The translations under genes and the position numbers were made by a program. Positions 24,322 through 36,590 of a DNA stretch of 64,000 nt are shown one piece after another. Numbering within the stretch: the stretch's first letter is position 1; each line of letters opens with the position of its first letter. The notes below the pieces were generated by a model that was not told the DNA's origin, ran no database searches, and was given only the letters and a program-made list of their open reading frames with translations. Origin of the DNA: Rhodosorus marinus CCMP1338 (lineage: Eukaryota > Plantae > Rhodophyta); the NCBI GenBank assembly GCA_029953675.1, contig JAMWBK010000001.1:558001-622000 (forward strand). The letters run 5' to 3'.

Positions 24322-26301
24322 ACCCTCCAGCGAGATAAAACCCTTCCCAAAAAGGAAGCTAAACCTTTCTTATCAACTCCCCAAACACCCGCAGCTCAAT
24401 CCGCGTCTACCAGCCAGAAAACGGCGAAAAGAGAAAAACCCTAACGGAACTGACTTTTGAGAAAACACCTTTCCACAAGAACAAGGAAACCCTCTTTCCA
24501 ATACTATTAGGCCACAACCTCCACCAAATTAGAAGCTCCCTCCTCCCTAAAACAAAAACTCCCAGAACAAACTTTTACGAACGCCCCCAAAGAAGTAGAT
24601 TTATCCCCTCCCAGATCACAGCCACTTCGTTTCAACTTATACCTTTATGCCCATCTACAATTCGAAAAACACTTGGGCCGGCCCGCCAAATATTAGCCCG
24701 CAGAAGCACCCAAATCACAGGAAATACAAATCTTTTTTATTCATTCATCCAACGGGTATAATTGATAGGATAGAATATGTATAGCGTGAATTTCAGGAAT
24801 AATGTCCTGTATATGAGGAGCGGAAAATTATCTCAACTACCCCTGATATGACTATCAGGACCTTCCAAAAATAAATACAATGCGGTTCTTAAATACAAAT
24901 CTTCCGGCCTTAATTGGAAGCCGTCTAAAACTCTAGTTTATGTATTTTTGAAAAAAATATTTTGGTTTTTGTTCCAGATATACGATCTGTGGAACCCCCC
25001 CGGGTGATATCCGAAAAAAAGCTGAGGTGGTTAGGTGAAAGTTTTTTTGACGAGACGTGATATTTTATCCAACCGGAGGCCAAGAAAGCTCTAATCTTGG
25101 CGACATCGAATGGGGACTCCACAAATAAGGAGCCGGAGTCCACTGTTCCGTTCCTTCCCACCCCCCAAAATTTCATTCATGTTTAAGGTAAGAAGCTATG
25201 AAACAATCGCTAAAGGGATTTCAACTACCCCTCAAGGGGCTGCGGATTTCGACCCCGGCGTAGATTCCTCCTATAACTTTGGTCGATATTTTATCCCCCC
25301 CCTGCCCAGAACAAGAGGCAATTCTGAAGTCATGCTAAAATTATCTATATACGAATAATTGGAAAGCAGTGTTTGGATCCGCGACGGGTTTGGCAGAAGT
25401 TTATTCTGAGCCACAACAAACAAAATATTGAAGTTGCCACTTTCGCCTTAAGAACGCCGAGGCACGAAGATTTTGCGCTATATGTCCAGAATAGGTATAA
25501 AAAAACGAAAAAAAGCCTCGACCTCGATCAATTCGCTCCGACGCGAGGATCTTCCACGACAATCGGTCTCTTAAATATAGAGCGTACTGCTCTAGAACTA
25601 CTTTTACGTTAGAGGTTAATTACACCCAAAATTATTGGTCTTGTCCAACGGCTTCTTTTTTTTTTCTTTTTGTTTTTAGGGTCACTACTTCAAAAATGAT
25701 GCTCAGAGACGACAGACAGCCGAAGTCCGCATTTCCATAGATTTGTTTTTCTCATATTATTTAGATGGTACCCATTTAGGCGTTTGTCTCATAGGAGATC
25801 GTCTTCTCAAACATAAGTTTTCCAAAACAAAATTTGTTAATCGGAGTACTCGAATTCAGAAATTATTGGCGCTACTATATTGATTGATTAAGATCATTAT
25901 TATTTATTGATTGAACTGAACATCAGGGAGTGCCGTGCGTGTGTATTTTTGTCGGTCCGTCGCTTCCACTGGATGAGAATTCGACCTGGCAGTGGGGACC
26001 CGTAGGCTCTACAAGCACGGTGACTTCAATAAAAACATGACCACACTATAAATATGCTGTCTCACTCGATCGGTTCCCATTTTTTTGGTGTTTGCACGGA
26101 GAATACCGTCCCGGGTATCCTCTCCAGTTCGATGCGCTTTTGGAACAGGCGCGACTGTAGGTACGCGCATCCTTCATCATCATACATGGTGTAGTTCACG
26201 CTGCTGGACTCAGCGTCAGCTATCCCATATTCTACGAACCAAGATTTCAACGTCGCCGTATCTTTGGGGAACTGGCGCAACTGCCAGGAACGATTGCGCT
26301 G

Positions 26302-29300
26302 CTACGTCGCTGCGTTCTTCGCCTTCCAGTCTTCGAGAAATTTTGCCACTTGTACAGTTCGATCCTGCAATGATCCACCAATATGTTCCCGTATTTTTCT
26401 TAGTTTTGACAGGACTACCTCACCCTCTGAGAGGTTGCCGGATAAGCAGTTTGCCAGGAACAGCCCTTCCAGATAGTCAGCACAAGCCCCTTCGTCTCCG
26501 CTCATGTCCTCTGGTCGCAGGATCTTGTAAACTGGGAGGATCCTAGTTCTTTGCCCGTTCTCTAACAGCATTTCCATCACATTCAGAGACGACAACAAAT
26601 CAAACGTGATATTGTGGCGATCTCTTGCGGCCACTATCTCTTTCATATCGTAATTGACATTCTTTGCGCAAAGCAGTACGGCCTTTTGTAATACTTCTGC
26701 TGTTGGCTTGACATCCTGGACCTCCATCTCCTGAAGAACAGCTAGTACATCGTTCACGGTTCCACCGAGCTTGTCAATATGTTCTAGCAGCTCTTTAAAC
26801 TGGGCAGGAGATGGAGTCGCACGGTCATCAACAATTTCGAATATAGCTTGTCGTAATCGCGGAGTCTCACGTGCTCTGTAGTACGCCTCCATCAGAAGGG
26901 AGAGCGTCAAAACGCTTGGCTTAATACCCTTTAGACGGTACTCCTCAGCTGTGGTGCTGGCCTTTTTGTACTCGCCTGCTAAGGCGTACTTGCGCAGCAG
27001 CGCGTTTAGCACTTGTACTGATGAAGCAATCCCCAGGGTCCTCATTTCTTCCGTCCGCTTTAACGCCCGCTCTAGTCCTTTCATCCGAACGCACATTTCC
27101 CAGAGTCCAAACGAGTAGAAAGCAAAAACCCGTTAGGTCCTGGTGAGATTATCGTTGAACAAAACAAATTGGAAAGCAGTGTAGAAAACCACACTAACCA
27201 TTCTCTTCATCGCTTTCCAAGATTTTGGAAATAACGATGGCATACGCACTGGCACCGACTCTAACGCGACTCGTCTTCATGGACTTGAACCAAGTCAGAG
27301 TCTCTTCTTCCGTCCCGTGTTCTGCGTATTTCCTCAAAATGGATTCCGCAGCCGTCCTCGAACTCCGAACGTGTTCCTTGACTCTGGCAACTGCGTCCTC
27401 TATTTGACCGTTCTTGGATGTTGTAACAACGAGCAATTCGTTAACAATCTTGGGTTGTAATAGCTTAATTGGCCTCTTCTCGTGCAAATCGTAGAGAGCT
27501 CGAAAATCTTTCTCGTATCCACGTCTCACGGAGTGCAGTCTTAACATAGACTTCAGCAGATCCGCAGATTCCTCGATTCTCTTGCCTTTCAACCTTGATG
27601 CTATTCTCCTAGCTGTCGACAATTCCCCTCGCTCCACGAAGCCGTCGATCGCCGCCGCATGGATCTGATCCATTCGCTTCTGAGCGCCCGGGGCTGTGAA
27701 ACCCTGGGCTCTCTCGAGCAGTTCATTTACCGCTGTTTTAAGTCAACGGGATTGACATTCAGCACCATTTCATACATACGATATCTCTTGCATTTTGATG
27801 AGCTTTTCGGATGAATCCCACCTCGCACATTCCCAGCTGAAGCGTGAAAGAACACCATGGCTCGGAGAATGTCATGGTGGTTAGGATCCACCAACCTCCA
27901 GTTCAGAGACTTGACCATGTCAGATGCCGCTGGAAAATCTCGCCCAGTCGCATACGCTCTAATGCAACTTGCCAGAAATTCCTCAGATGGTTTTAAGCCG
28001 AGTCCGAAAAACTCATCGATGAGCTTCCTCGCTGCATCCACTTCTCCTAACTCAACGTGCGCGTTGATCAACCTTGCGTACGAGGACGAAGTTGGCTCCA
28101 GTCCAACACTTCGAATCGTACCGAGCACATCTCTTGCTTTCTAGTATTCCAAAAAAGACAGAAAACCATTACACAAAGCGCCTGACTTGAGCCATCGAGT
28201 TTCAAACAATGTCGAAGGTTGAGTACAGTACTAACCCGCATGTTGCCAGCACCGGCAAACGCGCTTATGAATGCGTCGTACGTGTCTCCTGTAGCAACGA
28301 ACTGCTTGTCCTGTGTATCCTTTACCAAATGAGTAGGGACAAAGAACAGCTCCTTCAGGATGATGGTAACCATAGTCTCGGAGAAGGCCGATCCACCAAG
28401 GGCTCACCATCCAAAGAGAGGCCAGTTGCGAAGAAAGTGCATTCAAGCCGCAGTGTCTTATGATGTGTATGTACATGGTTTCGGTCTTTGATTCACTGCC
28501 TAGCTTCTTGACGTAGCTCATCGCCGTGTCGTAGTCGTGTTTGAGGCAGATTCGTACGAAGATTTCTCCAAATTCCGAGGAAGGCTTAGCTTCTTCGGAG
28601 GTGATCGTTTTCAGGAGCTCGCCGGTCTGGTTCTGATCGGCTGTTTACAATATAATTGAGAATCGGCCTTTGAGAACTAGGAGCACGCACAAAAAAAAGT
28701 AAAACATGACATCCTCTTCGTTTCTTCTCACCCGATCTGAAGAAGCTGGTTAATAAACAAATCAGGGCTTGGCGCTCGGGGGTACAGCCGCGTGAAAGGA
28801 ATGACTCGACAAGCGCCATCGAAGCCTCCGGATGGTTTGCTGTAGAATGCAACTTGGCGATGTCCTCGAGGTGGTCGTTGTCGAATACTGCGGGGAAGCT
28901 TTGCAGTAGACGATGAAACAGTATCACAGAAAAGCTGCTGTTTTCCATCTTCTTGGAGAGGCTGACCAGTTTCGAGATTGTCTATGATTCAATCGGTTAG
29001 AGGTGTTTTTCATAATACACGATCAGTTTTCGATGCGATGTTTTCAACGCGGCGGCCAGCACCTTAGAGTGCAAAGTACCTCTTGTCTTCTAGGTATCGA
29101 ATGCAAGTCTATCAAATCACAGCTGATTTTCTTAAACGCCATGTGTGGATCGCCACCCGCTTCATCCAAGGTGCGCTGGAGGTCGACGTAGTCATTTCCA
29201 TGCTGACTCTTACCCTGTTGTGCATAGGTAGAGAACCAGCGCACCCGTGGTAGGTTCCTTCCTACTGTCGGCTGGTCCAGTGGCGCTGGGAGAGATTTAA

Positions 29301-29349
29301 ACGCACTTGAAGTTTGAACGCGCAGCCTCAAGAGCCCAGATCGAACCAT
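26302..29349 (-). CDS. Multi-exon P-type pentatricopeptide repeat protein, probably mitochondrial
   Basis: 35-aa helical repeats such as SSYARLINAHVELGEVDAARKLIDEFFGLGLKPS and QVLNALLRKYALAGEYKKASTTAEEYRLKGIKPSV. ATG at 29349 gives an R/S/L-rich presequence (MVRSGLLRLRVQTSSAF). A possible 3' extension to 26062 is described in findings. Confidence 0.9.
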
Positions 29350-30184
29350 CTGGAGGAAACCACTCGAGGGTGGCAGTGGACGAAACGACCTCAACGCTAC
29401 AAGGGCGCTAGCTTAAGCCAATAAACCTCGATTTGGTTAACAGAATCTTCATTCTAAAAAACGCCTGTGAACGATGCGTCTTAGGGCGATCACAAATCAA
29501 GCTCCAAAGACGTGAATACTTCTTACTCTCGCGCAATCGATTTCAAGCCCTTCGAGCTTCTTCTCCGGGCACGCCCGTCCATGGCTCGTCCAAGGATCCT
29601 CGCTAGTGAAGTTACCTTCATTCGCTTCCACTTTCAACGCAACAAACAGCTTCAAACTCTGCGAAGACTCGACCCCAGGTGAAGACCAGCAGATTCTCTG
29701 CGCTCGTCCAGTTGAATATTGAACGCAACGATGCCACATGGGTAGGAAGCGGTTGGGTTCGACTCCTTGTCGCGCTTTTCAAGGAAAAAAAATTGAATAC
29801 GTACTTCAATCACACGCGTTCCTTGTGATTGAAGCCTGCATTCATTGGGACTACGTCCTCCCTTGCTGTACTCTTTAGTTCGTTCACGGTTGCCGCATCC
29901 TTTGGGAGAGCACCAAACTGAGAGCTGTTGAATTGCGCTGGGGTTACCTGACTCATTCCGAGCTGAAACGCGCTCACTATATATCACTGCTGAAGATGGA
30001 TCGGCTTCAGCGACTGAGACCTGGATTTTTTTTTCCGCAGCTCGGCCTGGACAAAATACGTGCAGGCTAGGATGGAAGAGCGAGGGGTGTCTACAGTAGC
30101 GCATTGTATCCTATTAACTAGTAAGCAAGAAGAGTCATACATTGTGATTCACACTCGTAAGGTCATCTACCAAAAAATCACCCC

Positions 30185-30190
30185 AAAAAA
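30185..30190 (-). terminator. RNA polymerase III oligo-T terminator of tRNA-Val
   Basis: T6 run on the minus strand 3 nt after the tRNA 3' end. Confidence 0.8.
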
Positions 30191-30193
30191 GTT

Positions 30194-30267
30194 TACTCTC
30201 GCCGAGGCTCGAACTCGGGACCTCCAGCATGTTAGGCTGGCGCTCTAACCAACTGAGCTACGAAAGC
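30194..30267 (-). tRNA. trnV-AAC: tRNA-Val(AAC)
   Basis: GCTTTCG TA GCTCAGTTGGTTAGAGC G CCAGC CTAACAT GCTGG AGGTC CCGAG TTCGAGC CTCGG CGAGAGT A folds into a full cloverleaf with A and B boxes and discriminator A. Confidence 0.95.
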
Positions 30268-30281
30268 ATTGCAAAAAGTGG

Positions 30282-30352
30282 GAACTCATATATGATATCA
30301 ATTATTTCAATTAGAACTCATATTAATATCAATTATTTCAATTGCTTGATAT
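30282..30352. repeat. AT-rich ~31-bp tandem duplication with a small inverted repeat, immediately upstream of the tRNA
   Basis: gaactcatatatgatatcaattatttcaatt (30282-30312) and gaactcatattaatatcaattatttcaatt (30314-30343); atatcaa...ttgatat inverted pair. Confidence 0.85.
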
Positions 30353-31014
30353 GGGAGTTGAAGCTTCGAAGTTCAAGATGAGAAAGGCTTCAGAAGCGGC
30401 TTGAAGGTTTTTAGAGAATTAATGAGTTCTTATACTGAACCATCAGTATTATTTGGCTCGCTCGGTATGCAGAGAGGAGATCACCGAGATGGATCGCGGC
30501 ATGTGTGTGTTTTCATCATCGAAAAAATTTCTATTAACAGCATGTCTTGGATAACGAAACTGACAGCAGTTAGGTCTTTATAGTAAGCACGAACCGGAAG
30601 ACGAGACCGTAGCCTCTGCAGAATTGGTTTGACCAACTCCCAACTCACGCGATGGATCAAAGCTGACTCGTTGTGTTTTAATTACATGTCCGCACGTTCA
30701 TAACCAGGCTGATCGACTTTTTGGAACTCTTTCGGTTGTTTGGTCCTAGTTTTCTGAACGTTGTCAAGCACATTTTCGTTCTAGTGGTTCAGGAGCCGTA
30801 GCATACTTCACCCATTCTGGGCGTTGACTTCATCAGAACAATATTCTTGTGATTGCACCGACTGAAAGTCTCTCGACTCCCGAGGCAACTCGAAAACTGA
30901 CTGAGCGCTACCTGAACAGAAGCATCTTAGTTATATCTTAATAGTACATTTTCCGTCTTTGGGTTCTGTTGAAAAAGTTAGTCTTCGTCCGGATGCCTTC
31001 CCGTGAAAGTGAGG

Positions 31015-32059
31015 TCATTTGAAGGCATCGGCGGGTTTTTGAAATTCGGGGTAGTGTTTCCTGGTTCCGGTGAGCGATTCGTAAACGAACGCACTGAACG
31101 CTATCCCTAGAGACACGCGCAGGGTTCCCCATCCTATGCCTAGCAACCGCTGGGCGTAGACGACCCTCTCCATTTTAGTCGGTTTGTCCATGACTGATGT
31201 CATGAAGCTGGGCAAGGTGTGATGGGAAAGCAGTCACTTAGGATCCATAAACGATTGACAAGCTACCGAAGATGATATCGATCCTCTTACATTCTCAGCG
31301 TATCTAGCATTTTGGGTACGTTAGCATCTTTGGATGAGAAATGCACGTTCCTGACATAGTTAAACGGCGATGAGACGACGGTAGCACAAACCGCTGCAAA
31401 GACATCGTGAAATGCTGTGGGAACGCTCCGCTTGTGGAACCGTCTGCGCAGGGTGTGTCTCAAAGGAGTGTACACAAAACCAAAAGCAATGTCTCGTAGC
31501 AGAGTTGGCTTCACGCCAAGGAAAAAAGCCCCAACACCGTTTTGCGTGTATATCTTTCTCGCGGTCACCCAATAGCTCGCAGAGTCCGAACTAGTGGAGA
31601 CAGGGCAACAAAAGGGCCTTGAGAAACTCTCTCAGACTAGCGTCTTCACATATAAGTTGTTGCCATGACAAACCTCCACATTTTGTACTTGATCGCCGAA
31701 AGCGGGTTCAGAATCAGTCCGTTCATTGCCCCAGCGCAATATCCAGCTAGCATCTCTCTGCCCGTTTGGGACATGTTCACCATTGCGAATAGCTGTCGAG
31801 AAATGTCCTCAAGAGGAAAATACAATCCCCCAGAAAGAGTTCTCTGAAGAAAGGCTTGGCCATAACCCTGAAACGGACTCTTCCAATTCGCAAGGTTCAG
31901 AAACGGACGATTGTTGACGACGCTCAAGTAGAGAGCTCGATCGTACGGGCTGAAAAGCATCGCTTGGAAAGATCCAGCAGCAAGACCAGCAAGAGCCGGG
32001 TTTCGCTCCCAGCCGAAAATCGGCAGCAGGGTTTTTTTCTTTTCAACCTCATATCCCAT
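31015..32059 (-). CDS. Divergent mitochondrial carrier family (SLC25-like) protein, 3 exons
   Basis: Three repeats with AG.AG helices and Pro kinks (SPYDRAL, NPLSAIK, SPFNYVR), plus GAFFLGVKPTLLRD. GT-AG introns join the ORF fragments in frame. Confidence 0.85.
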
Positions 32060-32569
32060 CGTTCGTGAGTCAAATGAATCACGCCCTCCTCACTCAACCA
32101 CGGGATTCTCTAGAACAATCTAAACGGGAGCGCCCGTACAACCACTCGAAATAATGCCACAGTTCTCCGCTATGCACATCGTTCCAGGAACGAAGCCACC
32201 ATCTCTCTCAAAAAGCCCCCTCACACAAGCCAAAATTCCAGAACCTTGAAAACGTAATCCCCGAACGAAAGCGCCCGGCCTCAATCAGCTAAGATCCTCA
32301 CGTTAAGAACAGCAATTCCCAAAACGCTTCGATCCCGTCAAGAAGACGACTGTCAACGATTGTCAACGTTGTCGTCTTGTGAGGAAACCCCAAACTCTCA
32401 CCTCAAATGCCCACAACGAAGAAGAAACTCACGGTGTAAGAAAAGCCGTTTTCCATGCAAAATTTCTGCAAAAATACTGGATCCAAACAATTTGCATCAA
32501 AATCGATGGCCTTGTTCAACGACCGACGGCAATGCACAGCGGAGATGGGGTTGGGGAAGGAGTTCAGGA

Positions 32570-32856
32570 TATTTTTGTTATCGTTCCGGCTCCAGACGAT
32601 AGTGCTGTAAATGTGAGCTATAGTTGGGAGCGGAATATGAATATGTAGTCCTGCCAGGCTTCTCATAGCCCTTCGCGGATACAGGGAGAACTAGCGTCCC
32701 TGAACAACGGTATTGAGCAGTATGGTACTGGTCGTGTTGACCAACCTCTGCGTCAGGTTCTGACCTATAATCTTTATCATTCCAGCTAGACGGCTGTGCT
32801 GTAGGGGGGCGCTGTAGTTGAGAGCGGAATATGGATATGTAGTCATGCCAAGCTTC
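32570..32856. repeat. Degenerate ~90-bp direct repeat (period ~194 bp)
   Basis: gctatagttgggagcggaatatgaatatgtagtcctgccaggcttc (32617-32662) vs gctgtagttgagagcggaatatggatatgtagtcatgccaagcttc (32811-32856), with weaker similarity extending about 45 bp to the left. Confidence 0.8.
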
Positions 32857-33289
32857 CCCTTGCTCTTCGTCGATAGCAACAGGAGATGTGAAAGCTGTGT
32901 TGGCTGATGGATCAGCAAAACAAAACCATCCACAACAATCGGAGGAACAGAACAGGGCGTGTCCCGCTCGACGGTGACCACGTGTAGGGGTTACAAGAAC
33001 GCTGACTGTTGAGAACTCAAAGCGGACCTCAGGGTCAGTCTTGAGCTTTTCAAACAACACGACACAGAACGTTGACCATCGGAGGTTCTCAGTGACGACT
33101 AGTGATTGTCAACGACCGGAAGCGAGAAAAGGGGTTCGTGGACGACAAGAAGATAAGCTACTAATGTAGTCCTGAACCATTTACGGACCCATAGCGGGGC
33201 TAAAACGATGCCGCTCTTGTGATTACACGACTGGAAAGTCGTGAGGAGGCCTTGCAAAAGTTTGGTTTATGTACACCACCAGGAGTCAG

Positions 33290-34518
33290 TCACTGGTCTT
33301 GTACAGGCAGGGATGGGACATCTACAATAAGCCAAGACGATGGCGCCTTCCGCTTCCCGTTCTGAATGTCCATGAGCATCTCCTTGAGCTGCTTCCCAAC
33401 CTCGTAGCTCGGATACTTGTATTCCTGATCAGCATCGTTCTCAAATGTGAGCGATTTGACGCGAGCTATGACAATAGCGGTTCCGCTGAGGAACACCTCT
33501 TCAGCTGACTTCAGCATGTCGACGGTAAGCGGCTCGCTATCAACGACCTCCATCCCGAGCTCGTTTCTGGCCAAATAGATCAGACTAGCACGAGTAATTC
33601 CTTCATGTATCGTCTTCCTCGAAGTATCAGGCGTGTAGAGCTTTCCATCTCGCACGAAGAACAAGTTGGAAGCGGACGCCTCCTCAACGAAGCGTGACTC
33701 GTTAGAGTCTGTGTACAGAACCTAGGTTCAGCAGGTTTCGGATCTAATTCAGTTCTCTTTGCGGAAGTTCGAAAATGCGATGAGCCGTATTTGCACTGTT
33801 CCTCACATCGTCAAAGCCCTTTTCTATGGCAAGCTTCTTGGGTAGCATCGTCGCAGGGTAGTTTCCTGAAGCTTTGACAAACCCTACACCGTCGATGGCA
33901 CTCCTGTTGTAGGTTTCTGTGACGAGCACGCGAAGTCCTCTATCGACGGAGGTGAAGTAGTTTCCAGTGGGGGAGGCGAACACGACGAAGGTGAATTCCT
34001 CAGTTTCCGCAGCGAGCTGACAGTTGGATGCGAAGAGTAGGGGTCGAAGATACAGCGCTCCCTCTCCGCAAGGCGGTACGAAACGTGAGTTGGCAGCAAT
34101 GACCTTGCACATGGCGTCTATGAACAGCTCGTTGTCCATAGCTGCCATGTTCATGCGTTCTGCACTTTGCTTGAACCTCGCAGCACTGAAGGAAACACCA
34201 AGAAAGAGAACCGTCAGGTTTTGGAAGCCGAAGGATCAACATCTGAAATCAATGAAGACCACTCTCATACTTCATATCTGGACGGAACAGCTGGACAGAT
34301 CCGTCCTCGGACCTAAACGCTTTGACTCCTTCGAAAACACTGAAACCATAGTTCAGCGCCGCGGAGGCAGGCTCCACGTCCACAGGCCCGTACTGAACAA
34401 CCTGAAGGTCCTCCCATCGACCAATCTTCGTAGAAAAACGAGAGGTGACCATGAAGTCGGTCTTCGTCTGCGAAAATCCGAGGGAATTCCATTGTATCCC
34501 TTCAATAGGAGTCTCCAT
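33290..34518 (-). CDS. BCAT: Branched-chain amino-acid aminotransferase-like protein (PLP fold IV), copy 1; no transit peptide
   Basis: ALNYGFSVFEGVKAFR, FRPDMNAARFKQSAERM (after splicing), LYLRP, catalytic K in VKASGNY, EEASASNLF, GITR and SGTA. Two introns. Confidence 0.93.
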
Positions 34519-35342
34519 CTTTAACCTTCCCGTCCGCTAAGAGCCGCAATCCCACTCGCCCAACCTTGGAGGCAGTCATCAACTGACCCCATATCCACTT
34601 CCATCCCACGGCTTCCGAACTACTCTTAAAGTGTCACTCATCTCGTCAATCAAATTTGGCCTCCATATAAAATTAGTTCTTCCAAACAAATATACTTTTC
34701 AATCTTTATTGTGAAACGATTTCTTTTGAGGGTGACGATTAAGTCAAAGTAGCGAATCACCGCGGAGGCAGGCAACCATCTACCAGCTCCAGAGAACCTG
34801 ATATAGACTCGTATTTACGTTACTTGAACGTTTACGATATCCCGTAATCGTGTTTTGTTTGATTTATGTTGAATTCAGAGGGTGCTTAATATCGTCTAAA
34901 ATAAGTATACAGACTTTTATTCGAGCACCGTTGGAACGTGAAAAAAAAGCAAATCGAATCTGACAGCTCTCTCGCATAGTCAGATCTGGGAAGGACGTCG
35001 CAGCCGATCCACCCTGATCTCCCCTGAAACTGTGAGTCTATGACAACTTTTTTCGAGATTCAAGTTTGTTTTCTAGGGCTTTGTTCTAGTAATTTGAGAC
35101 AGGAAATCCCGAGGTTTTCCTTGTTCCGTCCTGGTCGAGGTGCCCTCTCAGGGCTTTTGACCAGAAGCTTTATAGGGTATGAATCTCTTTCTCGCATTCA
35201 ATCATCGCCTGGTCGTTTTGTGCTTCGAGCTTTTGAGGGGGCTTGCTACTGAAGTTACCGGCTCAAGTGCCCGTCCCAGCCAAAGCCGTAGCTGTGCATA
35301 TCGGGATCACGTGGTGAGCACGACCGCAGGTACGCTCCCGGG

Positions 35343-36590
35343 TCAAGTCAGCGGCTCTAAGTCGCTGGGTGTCACTTGAGTGAGCCACCCCTCTGGGGCC
35401 TCTCTCCGCCCAAACTGGATATCCGTTAGAATGACCTTGAGCTCTTGTGCAAGGTCCAAGGATTTGCAAATCACTGCCATTTCCGAATCCGCTTCATGGC
35501 CAATACGCTTCACAGGTGATACGATTACAGCGGTTCCTGTGAAGAACGCCTGCTCTGCTGTGCGCACGAGCTCCACCGGAAGGTCTTCGTCATCTACCAC
35601 CTTCATGCCGAGAACATGCCTGGCGATGTAACATATACTGTCGCATGTTATTCCGTCCAGGATCGTTTTCCGATGCGTGGATGGGGTACGGAGAACACCA
35701 TCCACGAGAGCGAAGAAGTTGGCTGCGGTGCTCTCCTCTACCAATCCTCTACCCTTGGCATCCAAGTACAAAACCTAACCGACGAGTGAAGTGCCTGAGA
35801 CTACTTGGGTTTCACATCGCATCTCACGTTCATAGAGTAGCTTACCAGATCATAGCCACTCTGTCTTGCCTCGGCCATTGATTGCATACACGGAGCGTAA
35901 TTTCCGCCCATTTTTGTGGAGCCAACCCCGTTTGGATAGCTCCGATGAAAGCCCGTCACCAGGCGTACTGCCAGGCCTTCAGGTTTCGAAAAGAATGGAC
36001 CGACTGGTGTTGCATAAACCACCAACCGGAAGACTTTCGAACTGCGAACTCCAAGGTATGGCTCCGTCGCGACAACCAAGGGCCTCAAGTACAGGGCGCC
36101 TCCACTATCATAAGGTGGAACATACGAAGAATTCCAGACACAGCACATTTTTACAGCCCTGACGAAGATCTCCTCTGGAACTTGAGGTATCAGAATTCTT
36201 TCTGCACTCCTCTGAAGTCGTTTTGCATTCTCATCAATTCTAAACATGTGGATAGAGCCATCATCATGTCGGAAAGCCTTGATTCCCTCAAAGATTGTCT
36301 GGCCGTAGTTCAACGCTCCTATCGCGTAGGATAGAAACTGGTTAGCACAGACTACAACTTCCACACAAAATGAAATGAAAAAGAGGACTTTGTGAAGCAC
36401 CTGCAGAGGGTTCAAGCTTGAGCGGGTCGTGAGGAATTGCACGCGGTGCTGACCATTGGGCACCATCTGCTCCATCAGAGATGTCGATGTCGCTAATGAC
36501 CAAACTAGGACACTTCGTATAGCTAAACCTTAGACTACTCCAGTCCAAGTCCTCCCTCGGACTTTCCAAGTAGAGACCTTCTTGCACCAT
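35343..36590 (-). CDS. BCAT: Branched-chain amino-acid aminotransferase, copy 2 (start uncertain; frame is open further upstream)
   Basis: ALNYGQTIFEGIKAFR, LYLRP..PYLGV, catalytic K in TKMGGNY, EESTAANFF, TILDGIT and TGTA. First in-frame ATG at 36590. Confidence 0.93.

Noticed and set aside
29652-30104. 150-aa minus-strand ORF between tRNA-Val and the PPR gene
   Set aside because: No recognisable domain and no convincing splice model; left unannotated pending RNA-seq.
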